Of a DNA stretch of 64,000 bases, positions 1 through 10,922 are shown one piece after another. Source of the stretch: Candidatus Hodarchaeota archaeon. Lineage in GTDB: Archaea; Asgardarchaeota; Lokiarchaeia; Sigyniarchaeales; SOKP01. Every line of letters starts with the position of its first letter. The first letter of the stretch is position 1. The notes below the pieces were generated by a model that saw nothing but the letters and a program-made list of their open reading frames with translations, did no database searches and was not told where the DNA came from. Where the stretch lies: the NCBI GenBank assembly GCA_048886685.1, contig JBHLKM010000009.1, forward strand, positions 107,229 to 171,228, in the 5' to 3' direction. Made by a program: the position numbers and the translations under genes.

Positions 1-195
1 CTCCTTCGCTAACTCACTATTTTGAAATCTTAGATGGGGATTTTTGATCATACCATGCACAATACTCAGTTTTCCTCGAGCATAAGAGCTTTCCCAGCGT
101 CCATCGTCATCAAATGCAGGGCATTCAAGATCTTTAGGACAGAAACCACATAAGCTACATTTCCAGACTATCCCCATAATATCTTCTTCATTCAT
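1..195 (-). CDS. 5' part of a GlcF/HdrD-like (Fe-S)-binding oxidoreductase subunit (runs off window)
   Basis: Not in the ORF track. Manual translation MNEEDIMGIVWKCSLCGFCPKDLECPAFDD...SYARGK has a CxxCxxC-x5-CP cluster motif and ARGK; it starts 2 nt after the stop of the GlcD-like gene. Confidence 0.7.
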   Translation of the reverse strand, partial: MNEEDIMGIVWKCSLCGFCPKDLECPAFDDDGRWESSYARGKLSIVHGMIKNPHLRFQNSELAKE

Positions 196-197
196 CT

Positions 198-1685
198 TCA
201 AGCATCCTCCAAATTATCTAAAAAATTTAAAAGTTTTTTAGGGAATGAATACAACTTACCGGGATTTAAGATATTGTTTGGATCAAATATTTTTTTTATC
301 TTTCTCATAATATCAATGGCATCTGTTCCATGTTCTAGGGGTAAATAAGGAGCTTTCCACACTCCACAACCATGTTCAGCTGTCACCGAACCACCTAATG
401 AAATTGCAAATTTTACTAATTCATTTTGTATTGAACTTAGTTTCTTTATATCATCATTAGATGTAATAGGAATAGAACAGATTAAATGAACATTGCCATC
501 ACCTAAATGACCCATTCTAATACTTCCCAATTTATTCGCTTCCATAATCTTACCATATTTTTGCATTAATTCATTGATCTTGCTAAATGGGACTGAAAAG
601 TCTAAACTTGCGGGTAAATAAGTGCCTACATTTTGCACCGAAGGAGAAAGACGACCTATCGCAGGACCAGCACCGTTTCTGGCGTTCCATAGGTATTCAT
701 GTTTAACACCTTCAAAAATTTCAGTGTTCGATGAAGATTTATCTTGTAAAAGTAACTCACTAATTTTATTGGCTTGAGTAGAAGTTATTTCATTATTCCC
801 ATCAAGTCTGATAAGAAGTGTTGCCTCTGCGTTTTTTAATGAAATTTTAGGTGTCAATCTTGCTAAATATGCATTCATTCCCATGAGAGTTATTCGATCT
901 ACGAGTTCAAGGGACATAGGAGTTAATACTTCTTTAATTTTCTTGGCTGAGTTGACTGCCATTTCGATAGAATCAAAAGACCCAATTACAGTCTTGAAAC
1001 TCTCGGGAAGAGCTAGAAATTGAAGTGTAGCTTCGGTTATTATCCCTAAAGTTCCTTCAGACCCAACAAATAAGTTAAGTAAATCTAATCCAGAGACGGA
1101 TTTTTTTACTAGCGTTCCAAACTGAAGGCTTTGTCCTGTTCCTAAAATAGCTTTTAGATTTAAAACATAATCCTTTGTTGTTCCGTACTTTATAACAGAT
1201 TCACCAGAAGCATCATTTGCAATCATTCCTCCAATAGTACATACATCGGCAGATCCGGGATTACAAGGGATCCAATAACCTTTTTCAGTATTCTGTAACT
1301 TTTTACCAAGATCTATATAAAGTACTCCAGGTTCTACAACCGCATAATTATCGTCTGTATTTATTTCTAATATTTTATTCATTCGAGTAAAATCTAAGAT
1401 CAAACCGCCCTCTATTGGTAAGAATTGACCCCCAAAACTGGTTCCCGCACCACGTGGTATTATCTTTAGATGTTCTACATTGGCTAAATCTACTATTTCT
1501 TTAATTTGATCAGCATTTTGGGGTTTTATAACCATATCTGCCTTTAATTCATAATCTTCTTTAACCCAACTTAGAGCCCGGCTAAAACTATCATGAGAGT
1601 AACAATAAATTTCTACAGGATCATCTGTTATGTATTTTTCTCCAACAATACTTTTTAACTTTGATTTGACTGAATTATCTAACAT
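198..1685 (-). CDS. FAD-linked oxidase, GlcD / D-lactate dehydrogenase family
   Basis: PRGAGTS, GSEGTLGII, HLGDGNVH, AEHGCG and DPNNILNPGK motifs. Confidence 0.9.
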   Translation of the reverse strand: MLDNSVKSKLKSIVGEKYITDDPVEIYCYSHDSFSRALSWVKEDYELKADMVIKPQNADQIKEIVDLANVEHLKIIPRGAGTSFGGQFLPIEGGLILDFTRMNKILEINTDDNYAVVEPGVLYIDLGKKLQNTEKGYWIPCNPGSADVCTIGGMIANDASGESVIKYGTTKDYVLNLKAILGTGQSLQFGTLVKKSVSGLDLLNLFVGSEGTLGIITEATLQFLALPESFKTVIGSFDSIEMAVNSAKKIKEVLTPMSLELVDRITLMGMNAYLARLTPKISLKNAEATLLIRLDGNNEITSTQANKISELLLQDKSSSNTEIFEGVKHEYLWNARNGAGPAIGRLSPSVQNVGTYLPASLDFSVPFSKINELMQKYGKIMEANKLGSIRMGHLGDGNVHLICSIPITSNDDIKKLSSIQNELVKFAISLGGSVTAEHGCGVWKAPYLPLEHGTDAIDIMRKIKKIFDPNNILNPGKLYSFPKKLLNFLDNLEDA

Positions 1686-2063
1686 AAATCTTCAATTTGA
1701 GTTTTAATTCCAATTAATTTAAGTAAGAAAGTATTATAAAAAAAATCAAGTATTATTTTTACCTTTTTTTATCTCTTAATCTCCCCATTTATCATCACTA
1801 TCGTCAAAAGCTTTCTTTTAGCTTTCACTAAACCTCTTTTTCATGAAATCTTCTGAATGTTTTTGATACCACGCAAAAATTGCATTAAACCTGTTTAAAA
1901 CATTTTTAATACTTTTTAGTCAAATTAGTGGAAATACTTTATTAACAAAATAAAAAACTTTAATTTCATTAAACCTTAAACACAATTACTTAGTAGGTTT
2001 CGATTTAAAAACCTTAAATCACTGCAGATAAAATAAATTTAAGTAAATTTAGGGTAATAGAAT

Positions 2064-2516
2064 TTGCCAGTATTTAGAGCTGATTTATATCTGAGAATCA
2101 AAATTTCAGATTTTGATTTAGTAAATTCAAGTGAAAAATTCTTAGAGATTTTAGAAAAATCATCTTGGTTGCGCAATATTCAAATGACAAAAGTCAGACA
2201 AGACAAAGAATTGCATGGAAGAATGGCAATTAATGAATGGTATGAAATTTCCGGTTCTATAGATGTCCCTGAGGGGAGTAAATCTTTCTGGGTTCTTTCA
2301 AAACAATTCTCTCAAGATGAGCCCTATAATTTTTTTGTGAGAATAGATCGGAATATTGAAGCGGAGGATTATGATAGGGCTCAAAAAAAAGCTGCTGACT
2401 GGATAAAGGAGATATTAATTGAATCTATAAAAAAGGAATTTCTCGTTGATAATATTGAGGTTGAACCACCAATAAATTTAAGAAAACAAGTATATCTAAT
2501 GAGGGAATCAAAATGA
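2064..2516 (+). CDS. hypothetical protein, first gene of the tfrAB operon
   Basis: 150-aa ORF with an ATGA overlap into tfrA; no recognised motif. Confidence 0.6.
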   Translation: MPVFRADLYLRIKISDFDLVNSSEKFLEILEKSSWLRNIQMTKVRQDKELHGRMAINEWYEISGSIDVPEGSKSFWVLSKQFSQDEPYNFFVRIDRNIEAEDYDRAQKKAADWIKEILIESIKKEFLVDNIEVEPPINLRKQVYLMRESK

Positions 2517-4222
2517 ATTTTGAAATTATAGATACGGATGTTTTAATTGTAGGTGCAGGAGGTGCAGGATGTCGAGCAGCAATTGCAGCTTCAGAATTAA
2601 ATCAAGATGTTCTTATCATAACGAAAGATATTTTAGGTAAAGCCCATACAGTTATGGCGGAGGGTGGATACAATGCTGCTTTAGCAAACCTAGATCCTGA
2701 TGATTCATGGGAAATACATGTACGCGATACATTAAATGCAGGAGCTTTTCTTAATGATCAGGAACTTGTTGAAACTCTCGCAAAAAAGGCTCCAGATCGG
2801 GTCTTTGATCTTGAAAGTTTTGGAGGAATATTTTCTCGTACACCAGATGGATTAATTATGCAACGTCCTTTTGGACATCAAACTTATCGAAGAACTTGTT
2901 ATGCAGGAGATAGAACTGGTCATGAAATGTTAGGAACACTTACTGACGAATTAAGAAAAAGGGAAATCACGATAATAGATGAAGTTTATGCAACATCACT
3001 TCTATGGGATAATAACCATGTAGCAGGAGTCACAATTATAGATATTAAATCAGGGATTTTTAAAGTAATTAGAGCATCTTCTGTTGTTATGGCAGCAGGA
3101 GGTGCGGGTAGAATTTATGAAACTACAACTAATGCTCAAGCTGATGTAGGGAGCGGTTATTCAATTGCTTATAGAGCTGGTGTAGAGCTTATTGATATGG
3201 AACAGTTTCAATTCCATCCTACAGGAGTAGCTGTACCTCCCTCAGCCAGGGGTCGTCTTGTCACTGAAGGTGTTAGAGGTGAAGGAGGGATACTCTTAAA
3301 TAAAGATGGTGAGCGATTTATGAAAATATATAATCCTAAATCAATGGAATTGGCTGGTCGGGATGAAGTCGCCAGATCCATCGCAACCGAGATTCGAGAA
3401 GGACGTGGAACCGAGAATGGGGCTGTATATCTAGATATTTCATTTATACCGTCTAAAATTATAGAAGAAAGACTCCCTACAATGTTAGAGGATTTTCTCG
3501 ATATTGGTTTAGATATTAGAGATGAACCAATGGAGGTTACTCCCACTGCACACCATATGATGGGGGGAATTAAAATTAATAAAAATACAGAGACAAATCT
3601 TAAAGGATTATATGCTGCGGGTGAAGTTGTTGGTTGTGTACATGGAGGTAATCGTCTTGGGGGAAATGCTCTTGCCGATACCCAAGTATTTGGACAAATA
3701 GCAGGAAATGTTGCTTCGATACATGCTAAAAGTGTCTCACCACCCAAACTTAATAGAAAAATTATAGATCAAGAATATTCTCGAGTTATAGCTCCTTTAG
3801 ATCGAGAAGAGGGTATTGAAACTCCAAATGAAAAATCACAGCTCCAAAAATGCATGTGGGATAATGCAGGAATATTCAGAAATGAAAAAGATCTTAAAGA
3901 TGCTCTAAAATTCATAGAAAAACAACGAGAGCGAGTTATAACTCAGTTAATGGTGAAAAATAAAGCAACTAGATATAATACAGAATGGGTAAGTTCTTTA
4001 GAATTATATGATATGTTAGATGTATGCGAAATGCTTGTTCGTTCAGCAATTATGCGTAAAGAATCACGTGGGGCTCATTATCGAACTGATTATCCTACAG
4101 CAGATCATAAACAATGGCTCGCAAATATTATAATCAAAAATCAAAATCAACAGATGATATTAGAAAAGAGACCTGTTATAATAACAAAATGGAAACCACC
4201 ATGGATTGGCAATTCCATATGA
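2513..4222 (+). CDS. tfrA: thiol:fumarate reductase / succinate dehydrogenase-type flavoprotein subunit A
   Basis: GAGGAG FAD loop, AHTVMAEGG, QFHPT, HGGNRLGGN, RKESRGAH. Confidence 0.85.
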   Translation: MNFEIIDTDVLIVGAGGAGCRAAIAASELNQDVLIITKDILGKAHTVMAEGGYNAALANLDPDDSWEIHVRDTLNAGAFLNDQELVETLAKKAPDRVFDLESFGGIFSRTPDGLIMQRPFGHQTYRRTCYAGDRTGHEMLGTLTDELRKREITIIDEVYATSLLWDNNHVAGVTIIDIKSGIFKVIRASSVVMAAGGAGRIYETTTNAQADVGSGYSIAYRAGVELIDMEQFQFHPTGVAVPPSARGRLVTEGVRGEGGILLNKDGERFMKIYNPKSMELAGRDEVARSIATEIREGRGTENGAVYLDISFIPSKIIEERLPTMLEDFLDIGLDIRDEPMEVTPTAHHMMGGIKINKNTETNLKGLYAAGEVVGCVHGGNRLGGNALADTQVFGQIAGNVASIHAKSVSPPKLNRKIIDQEYSRVIAPLDREEGIETPNEKSQLQKCMWDNAGIFRNEKDLKDALKFIEKQRERVITQLMVKNKATRYNTEWVSSLELYDMLDVCEMLVRSAIMRKESRGAHYRTDYPTADHKQWLANIIIKNQNQQMILEKRPVIITKWKPPWIGNSI

Positions 4223-4225
4223 GGA

Positions 4226-5803
4226 GTGATAACAATGGTAGAAAAGCAAATTGTAAAGTTTAAAATTCTTCGGTATAATCCTGATGTTGACGATGAACCT
4301 TATTTCGTGAAATATGATATTCCCTATACTGGAACATTAGCTATTTTGGATGTCCTACAATATATATTTCACAATATCGATTCTACTTTAGCTTATCGTT
4401 GGAATTGTAGGACTGGACAATGCGGTTCATGTGCTATTAATATTAATGGGATTCCAGGACTTGCCTGTCGAACGGTTGTAAATCCCGCAACTAACTATGT
4501 TTTAGAACCTTTGTCTAACTTTCCAGTTATAAGGGATCTTGTTGTAGATCTCGGACCTGGTTTTAAACGTTTAGCAAAATTACGTCCATATTTAGAACGA
4601 ACATCAGTACCTGATCTTCCAGAAAAACTTACAAGAGAGCAGATTTCGACATCTATGGATCTCAGATCTTGTATTGAATGTTTTTCATGTTATGCTGCCT
4701 GTCCAGCGGTAGAATCTGCTAGACAAGAATTTTCAGGACCGATTTCCATGCGTGAATTGGCAAGTTTCGAATTTGATCCTCGTGATGAAGGTGATCGTGT
4801 CCAAATAGCTGTGAGCAGTGGGATTTATGATTGTACTAGTTGTGGTTTATGTAAAGAAGTGTGTATTCCAAAGCATATCGATACTCGAAGGAAGGCAATA
4901 GAAGGTCTACGAGCTCGAGCGGTAGAACGTGGTATGGGTCCATTACAGGGGCATCAGAATTTTATTGACCAGATTAAAAGCACAGGATATGCAATCGATG
5001 TAATTGATAAGCCTTTTACCGAACAAGTTCCAGATGTTATTAAGGTTGACAATCCTATTGATGAATTAATTTTTTTTCCAGGATGTTTAATAAACTTAAG
5101 ACTTCAGCAGATAGGCCATAATATTATAGAAGTTCTAAAACGAAATCATATTCAAGTACATATACCAAAAGATTTTGTTTGTTGCACTAGTGTAGCTTTT
5201 CGTACAGGTTCGCGAACTATAGCATATGATATGGTATTAAAGAATGTAGAATATTTTAGAAAGCTAGGAGTAACCAAACTTGTAGGGCTCTGTCCGGGCT
5301 GTATGTCGACTATAAAACAAGATTGGCCCATTGTTCTACATGAACAGGGCAAAAAAGAGTATCAATTTGAACCCTTTGATATTAATGAATATTTAATTAG
5401 AGAAATTGGTACTGAAAATTTAAATATCCAAGATTTGAAACCTCTTGAAATAAAAGTAACGTATCATGATCCATGTCATTTAAATCGACATCAAGAAATC
5501 ACTGAAGAGCCTCGTAAGTTATTGAGGTTAATCCCTGGAATTGAGTTTATAGACGTTGAGCAGAGTGATAGATGTTGTGGAGCAGGAGGAGGTGTACGGG
5601 CGGGTCGAAGAGAACTTTCAGAGGAAATTTCAAGGATTAAATTAGATATACTAACTGAACCAAATCCAGATATTATAGCAACTTCTTGTTCTTTTTGTTT
5701 CATTCAAATAGCAGATGCAATTAAACGCGCAGGCTCAAACACCAAGGTTATGAATGTTATAGACTTACTTGCTGCTTCTTATCGTGGTGAGAAATTGAAA
5801 TAA
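4226..5803 (+). CDS. tfrB: thiol:fumarate reductase subunit B (2Fe-2S + 2x4Fe-4S + CCG domains)
   Basis: SdhB-like N-terminus (CRTGQCGSC; CIECFSC; CTSCGLC) fused to HdrD-like CCG domains (HDPCH, CCGAGGG, CSFC). Confidence 0.8.
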   Translation: MITMVEKQIVKFKILRYNPDVDDEPYFVKYDIPYTGTLAILDVLQYIFHNIDSTLAYRWNCRTGQCGSCAININGIPGLACRTVVNPATNYVLEPLSNFPVIRDLVVDLGPGFKRLAKLRPYLERTSVPDLPEKLTREQISTSMDLRSCIECFSCYAACPAVESARQEFSGPISMRELASFEFDPRDEGDRVQIAVSSGIYDCTSCGLCKEVCIPKHIDTRRKAIEGLRARAVERGMGPLQGHQNFIDQIKSTGYAIDVIDKPFTEQVPDVIKVDNPIDELIFFPGCLINLRLQQIGHNIIEVLKRNHIQVHIPKDFVCCTSVAFRTGSRTIAYDMVLKNVEYFRKLGVTKLVGLCPGCMSTIKQDWPIVLHEQGKKEYQFEPFDINEYLIREIGTENLNIQDLKPLEIKVTYHDPCHLNRHQEITEEPRKLLRLIPGIEFIDVEQSDRCCGAGGGVRAGRRELSEEISRIKLDILTEPNPDIIATSCSFCFIQIADAIKRAGSNTKVMNVIDLLAASYRGEKLK

Positions 5804-5808
5804 AATTA

Positions 5809-6405
5809 TTAAATTCCTAATTTTTCATATATCTCTTTTTGGTTCTTTTCAACATCAATCTTCACTTGTTCATATAAATTAGAACCATGAGAATCTATTG
5901 CGATTATCAAAGGGCCAAAACGTTTAACTTCCATAATCCATAATGCTTCAGGCATACCAAGATCTAACCAAGAAACCTCTAAAATTTTGTGTACCGCTTT
6001 TGCAGCTAATACTGCGGCTCCACCAATATAGGCTCCGTAAACAGCACCAACCTTTTGCATAGTTGCAGTCGTCTTGGGACCCATTCCTCCTTTTCCAATA
6101 ATTACACGAGGTTTAAATGCTTCAAGAAACTCAGATTCAAACATTTCCATGCGAGTGCTTGTGGTTGGCCCTGCAGCGACAATTTCCCATATCCCCTCGA
6201 CCTTACGAACAATAGGACCACAATGAAAAACAGCTAAACCAGATGGGTCTATTGGTAATAATTTCCCTTCTTTAAACCATTTTAATGCTCTCTCGTGTGC
6301 TTCATCCCTAGCAGTAAAAATAGTACCAGTAATATAGAGGATATCATTTGTATGTAATTTGCGAATATCCTCTTCAGATATTGGTGTAGTTAATTCATAT
6401 TCCAT
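5809..6405 (-). CDS. class I fumarate hydratase beta subunit
   Basis: TARDEAH, GPTTSTRM, IGKGG, LGMPEA motifs. Confidence 0.9.
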   Translation of the reverse strand: MEYELTTPISEEDIRKLHTNDILYITGTIFTARDEAHERALKWFKEGKLLPIDPSGLAVFHCGPIVRKVEGIWEIVAAGPTTSTRMEMFESEFLEAFKPRVIIGKGGMGPKTTATMQKVGAVYGAYIGGAAVLAAKAVHKILEVSWLDLGMPEALWIMEVKRFGPLIIAIDSHGSNLYEQVKIDVEKNQKEIYEKLGI

Positions 6406-6408
6406 AAT

Positions 6409-7287
6409 TTAATTCACCTCATGAGATGTAATAATTGTTTTTCCCTCTTTTGTAATAGTTGCTGATGCCCTTCTTGCTGCCCAACATTGAATTGCAAGCC
6501 CTACTGGAAATGAAGCAGGATGTCTCATGGTAGTCTCAATGTGGACATCTAAAACGGTTGTATCTCCACCTAAGCCCATAGGTCCTATCCCAGTTTGATT
6601 TAAAGCATCTAATAATTCTACTTCAATTTCTGCTATCCTTTCATTCGGATTACGTTGACCGATAGGGCGGAAAAGTTGTTCTTTTGCAATTTTCATACAA
6701 ATATCAGCTCCACCACCAAGTCCTATCCCTATTATTGTAGGAGGACAAGGTTTTGCTCCTGCTTCAACAACTGCATCGATTACAAAACGCTTCATCCCTT
6801 TTATTCCTTGACCCGGTGTAAGCATTGTCAATTGAGACATGTTTTCAGATCCACCCCCCTTAGGAAAAACGGTAATTTCTAAATCAGTTCCATTATTAAC
6901 CTTCCAATTAATCCATGGGATGCTTAAACCATCATTATCTCCAGGATTCTCATTCGTTAATGGATTTACTGTATTAGGTCTTAAAGGAATCTCCTCTGTA
7001 GCTCTTCTAACTGAATTTCTAATAATTTCAGGTATTTGATCAATGAGAGGAAATTGTGCTCCAACGTTAACGTAAAAAATTTGAATTCCTGTATCCTGAC
7101 AGATTGGTATTAAATGATTTTTAGCAAGTTTTACATTTTTTAGAATTGCTTCTAATTGATTTTTAGCCGTTATGTTTCTTTCATTGTTAAAGGCTGTTTC
7201 AAGACTCTTAACAACATCATGAGGCAATTCTGTTACAGCTAGCCGCAAAAGTGATATTATTATTTCTTCTAATTTGATAGCTTTCAT
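6409..7287 (-). CDS. class I fumarate hydratase alpha subunit
   Basis: PICQDTG, KGGGSEN, CPP, GIGPMGLGG, CWAARR motifs. Confidence 0.9.
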   Translation of the reverse strand: MKAIKLEEIIISLLRLAVTELPHDVVKSLETAFNNERNITAKNQLEAILKNVKLAKNHLIPICQDTGIQIFYVNVGAQFPLIDQIPEIIRNSVRRATEEIPLRPNTVNPLTNENPGDNDGLSIPWINWKVNNGTDLEITVFPKGGGSENMSQLTMLTPGQGIKGMKRFVIDAVVEAGAKPCPPTIIGIGLGGGADICMKIAKEQLFRPIGQRNPNERIAEIEVELLDALNQTGIGPMGLGGDTTVLDVHIETTMRHPASFPVGLAIQCWAARRASATITKEGKTIITSHEVN

Positions 7288-7339
7288 CTCTATATTCTCC
7301 TTTTAAATTACTTAATTTAAATTAAAATATATAATAATT

Positions 7340-9016
7340 TTAAAATATTTGGGGAGATTGATATTCTCCAAATACTTCTCGTAGTACATCACAAATTTCT
7401 TGTATAGTAGCGTATGTTTTGACGGTTTCAATCATAATTGGCATAATATTTTCAGAGGAATAAGCAACTTTTTTTAGTTGATTCAACTTTTCTTTAACGA
7501 GACTTTCATTTCGATTTTTCTTTAAATCTTTAAGAGATTCAATTATTCTGTTCTCAAAATCTTTATCGTGTTTGAATGTTTCTATTTTATGTTCCTCATC
7601 AATACGAAAACTATTTACTCCGATTACTTTATCGATACCTTTATCGATTCTGATTTGTTCCAAATATGCGTTATTTAGAAGTTCTTGTTGAATGAATGCA
7701 TTTTCAATAGCTGCTGGCATACCACCCATTTTATCTATTTTTTCAATATATTCCATAGCTTTTTCTTCTAGTTTATTTGTTAAATATTCGAGATAATAAG
7801 AACCACCTAATGGATCAGCAACATCGGCTACACCTGTCTCATATGCAAGCACTTGTTGTGTTCTTATTGATAATCTAGCTGAATCCTCAGTTGGCAGTGA
7901 TAACGCTTCGTCTGCTCCACAGGTATGAAGAGATTGAGTACCTCCCAAAATTGCCGCTAAACCTTGGAGTGCAACTCGAACAATATTAACTTGAGGTTGT
8001 TGGACTGTAAGTGACATTCCTGCTGTGTGTACATGAAATCTTAATCTAAGAGAATTAGGTTTCTTAGCGCCAAACCGATTTTTCATAACTTTAGCCCATA
8101 TTCTCCTCGCAGCTCTTAATTTCGCAATTTCCTCAAAAAAGTTGTTATGCGTAGTGAAAAAGAATGATAATCTTGGAGCAAACTCATCAACATCTATCCC
8201 CCTTTTAAGAACCTCATCAACATAAGAAATACCATCAGCCATAGTAAACGCAATCTCTTGGATAGCATTACTTCCGGCTGCACGCATATGATAACCACAT
8301 ATACTGATTGTATTAAATAGTGGTAGATGCTTAGAACAATATTCTATTATATCTGCTACTAATCTTAAGGATGGTTTTGGAGGAAATATATAAGCACCCC
8401 TTGCTACAAATTCTTTCAAAATATCATTTTGAACTGTACCCATTAGCTTTTTTGAATCAATTCCCTGTTTTTCACCAACAGCAATATACATTGCTAAAAT
8501 AACAGCGGTTGGGGCATTTATAGTCATGCTAGTAGAGACTTCATCTAAAGGTATCCCGTCAAAAACTCTTTCAAAATCCTTTAAAGAATTTACAGTGACC
8601 CCAATTCTCCCTATTTCCCCAATACATATATTATTATCAGAATCATAGCCCATCTGCGTAGGAAGGTCAAATGCGACAGAGAGTCCCTTTTGTCCTTGAG
8701 ATATCAAAAATTTAAATCTATCATTTGTTTTCTCGGCATCAGCAAACCCTCCATACTGTCTCATTGTCCAAATTCTACCGCGATACATATTTGGATATAC
8801 TCCTCGAGTAAAGGGTGGAGTTCCTGGAAACCCTAAATCTTCAATGAAGTCTAAACTTTCAATATCCTCTGGACTATAAACTTGTTTTAAGGGTATTCCT
8901 GAGGGTGTTTCAAATTTGTCCTTACGTTCACCTCTATCTGTAAATTTAGATAAATTATTTTCTTCCCACTCCAATCTCTTGTTTTTTATTTTTTCAAGTT
9001 CTTTTCTAGAGAACAT
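7340..9016 (-). CDS. methylmalonyl-CoA mutase, substrate-binding (large) subunit
   Basis: PFTRG, WTMRQY (Tyr), QNDILKEFVARG (Arg) = MCM-type specificity residues; no B12-binding domain, so a split enzyme. Confidence 0.88.
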   Translation of the reverse strand: MFSRKELEKIKNKRLEWEENNLSKFTDRGERKDKFETPSGIPLKQVYSPEDIESLDFIEDLGFPGTPPFTRGVYPNMYRGRIWTMRQYGGFADAEKTNDRFKFLISQGQKGLSVAFDLPTQMGYDSDNNICIGEIGRIGVTVNSLKDFERVFDGIPLDEVSTSMTINAPTAVILAMYIAVGEKQGIDSKKLMGTVQNDILKEFVARGAYIFPPKPSLRLVADIIEYCSKHLPLFNTISICGYHMRAAGSNAIQEIAFTMADGISYVDEVLKRGIDVDEFAPRLSFFFTTHNNFFEEIAKLRAARRIWAKVMKNRFGAKKPNSLRLRFHVHTAGMSLTVQQPQVNIVRVALQGLAAILGGTQSLHTCGADEALSLPTEDSARLSIRTQQVLAYETGVADVADPLGGSYYLEYLTNKLEEKAMEYIEKIDKMGGMPAAIENAFIQQELLNNAYLEQIRIDKGIDKVIGVNSFRIDEEHKIETFKHDKDFENRIIESLKDLKKNRNESLVKEKLNQLKKVAYSSENIMPIMIETVKTYATIQEICDVLREVFGEYQSPQIF

Positions 9017-9041
9017 ATTCTCATTTCCTCCTTAAATTTAA

Positions 9042-9395
9042 TCAATTTGGTGAAAAAACATAATTATATATTTCTTTCCCATCTAGATCATCACAAATTT
9101 TAGTATAGATGGGTTTTAGTTCCATTCCAGTTTTTAAATTTTCTTGAATTGTCAATTGGCCAAGAGCTTTTACTCCGTTTTCAAATTCAACAACTCCTAA
9201 GGCATATGAAGAATTTTTCCTAAATTCAGCAGGAGGTGCTTTTAAGATTGTAAAAGTAAGGAGTTTACATGTTCCTGAAGCATTTATATTTTCAAATGTA
9301 CTATTTTTACATTTCAAACATCTTATATGAGATTTATGCTGTAAATACCCACAGTTTTTACATTTTATCCATGTTTCTTTTTCTACTTTTTCCAT
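9042..9395 (-). CDS. DUF35 Zn-ribbon/OB-fold protein
   Basis: CxxC...CxxC followed by an OB-fold (FT...PP.F....Y.LGVVEFENG). Confidence 0.85.
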   Translation of the reverse strand: MEKVEKETWIKCKNCGYLQHKSHIRCLKCKNSTFENINASGTCKLLTFTILKAPPAEFRKNSSYALGVVEFENGVKALGQLTIQENLKTGMELKPIYTKICDDLDGKEIYNYVFSPN

Positions 9396-9486
9396 TGTTG
9401 ATTCATCTTTTCAAAGAAAAATTATTGTAAAATTCTTATTAATAATAATATAAACTCAATAAAATTCATTTCGGAGAACTTAGTTT

Positions 9487-10038
9487 TTATAATTCTGCTG
9501 ATAGAGTTTTGAATTTTTTATACAAGGCCTCAATAATTGCGTTAAATGCCTCAATAACGCCATTCCCCGTTTTAGCTGACGTTATATAATACCCAAGAAA
9601 ATTATATTTACTTACTATTTCTTGGATATCAGAATCATCAATGTTATCTTCATCAACTAAATCTACTTTATTTGCGAACAATACAATAGGAATATTTCCA
9701 CAATATTTTAAAATTTCTTTATACCAATCAGGAATATGATTGAAACTCTCTTCACCAAGTTTGTTTTCTTCTAGACTATATACAATTATGGCTGCTTCAC
9801 TTCTCTTATAAAAAGAAGGTCGTAAGAAATGAAAGGTATCTTGTCCTGCTATATCCCAAAATTGTAATTTAATTTTGTCCCCATCTATTTCTTTAACATA
9901 CGTTGATAGTTGAGCCCCAATTGTCTTAATATATTCCTTTTCAAAGTAACTATGTGTAAATTTTTGAATTAATGAAGTTTTACCTACCTGCCCGTCACCA
10001 ATCACGGTGATTTTGAAAATAAAGCTTATATCATTCAT
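9487..10038 (-). CDS. Rab/Ras-like small GTPase
   Basis: G1 GDGQVGKT, G3 WDIAGQ, G4 NKVD, G5 SAK; no C-terminal prenylation motif. Confidence 0.92.
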   Translation of the reverse strand: MNDISFIFKITVIGDGQVGKTSLIQKFTHSYFEKEYIKTIGAQLSTYVKEIDGDKIKLQFWDIAGQDTFHFLRPSFYKRSEAAIIVYSLEENKLGEESFNHIPDWYKEILKYCGNIPIVLFANKVDLVDEDNIDDSDIQEIVSKYNFLGYYITSAKTGNGVIEAFNAIIEALYKKFKTLSAEL

Positions 10039-10217
10039 AGAATTTTGAATAAAGATCAGAATAATAAGTTAAATAAATCTTATATGATGTAAGATTAGAT
10101 TTATTATGTTATAAAATTTTTGAATATTCTCGTCAATAACCTAAAAGAATCTAGAACAATCAATAATTATCAAAGCTCAGTAATTCTTCTTTAAACTGAA
10201 TAATCAATCTTTTAATT

Positions 10218-10775
10218 CTACAGATTATCAGATAATGATTTAAACTTATCATATAACTCATCTATCAATGTATTAAATGCTGTAAGTACGCCCTTCCCTG
10301 TTTTTGCTGATGTTAAGTAGTACCCCATAAAATTATTCTCTTCAACTATTTTTTTGATAGCTGAATGGTCTATAGTATCTTCGTCAACCAGATCAACTTT
10401 ATTTGCAAATACAACTATCGGAACATCTCCACAATGTTTTACAATTTCCTCATGCCAAGTTGATATGGATTTAAAACTCTCGTCCCCAAGTTCAGTTTCC
10501 TCAAGACTATATACAATAATAGCAGCTTTACTGTTTTTAAAAAAAGAGGGACGTAAAAAGTGAAAAGTATCCTGCCCCGCTATGTCCCAAAATAATAGTC
10601 TGATTTTATCTCCTTTTATTTCCTTATTATACACTGAAAACTGTGCTCCTATTGTCTTAACATAATCCTTCTTAAATGATCCTTGAGTGAACTTCTTAAT
10701 AAGGGAAGTTTTTCCAACCATTCCATCACCGATAACCGTTACTTTGAATCGAAACCTACGTCCTTCCTCACTCAT
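10218..10775 (-). CDS. Rab/Ras-like small GTPase (tandem paralog)
   Basis: GDGMVGKT, WDIAGQ, NKVD, SAK. Confidence 0.92.
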   Translation of the reverse strand: MSEEGRRFRFKVTVIGDGMVGKTSLIKKFTQGSFKKDYVKTIGAQFSVYNKEIKGDKIRLLFWDIAGQDTFHFLRPSFFKNSKAAIIVYSLEETELGDESFKSISTWHEEIVKHCGDVPIVVFANKVDLVDEDTIDHSAIKKIVEENNFMGYYLTSAKTGKGVLTAFNTLIDELYDKFKSLSDNL

Positions 10776-10922
10776 AGAATCTTAAAAGAAATAATTTGTG
10801 TATTTATTCTAGTTAAAAAATTATATTTAAACTAAGATCAGTTATTTTTTAATATAAAATTTTGGTTTCTGATTAAAATAAACTGAAAAATAGACAATTT
10901 TATATTTAAATTAAAAAAAATT

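Noticed and set aside
1776-1950. Protein-like minus-strand stretch (…NRFNAIFAWYQKHSEDFMKKRFSES*KKAFDDSDDKWGD)
   Set aside because: Interrupted by stops, no start codon and no recognisable family; at most a decayed remnant.
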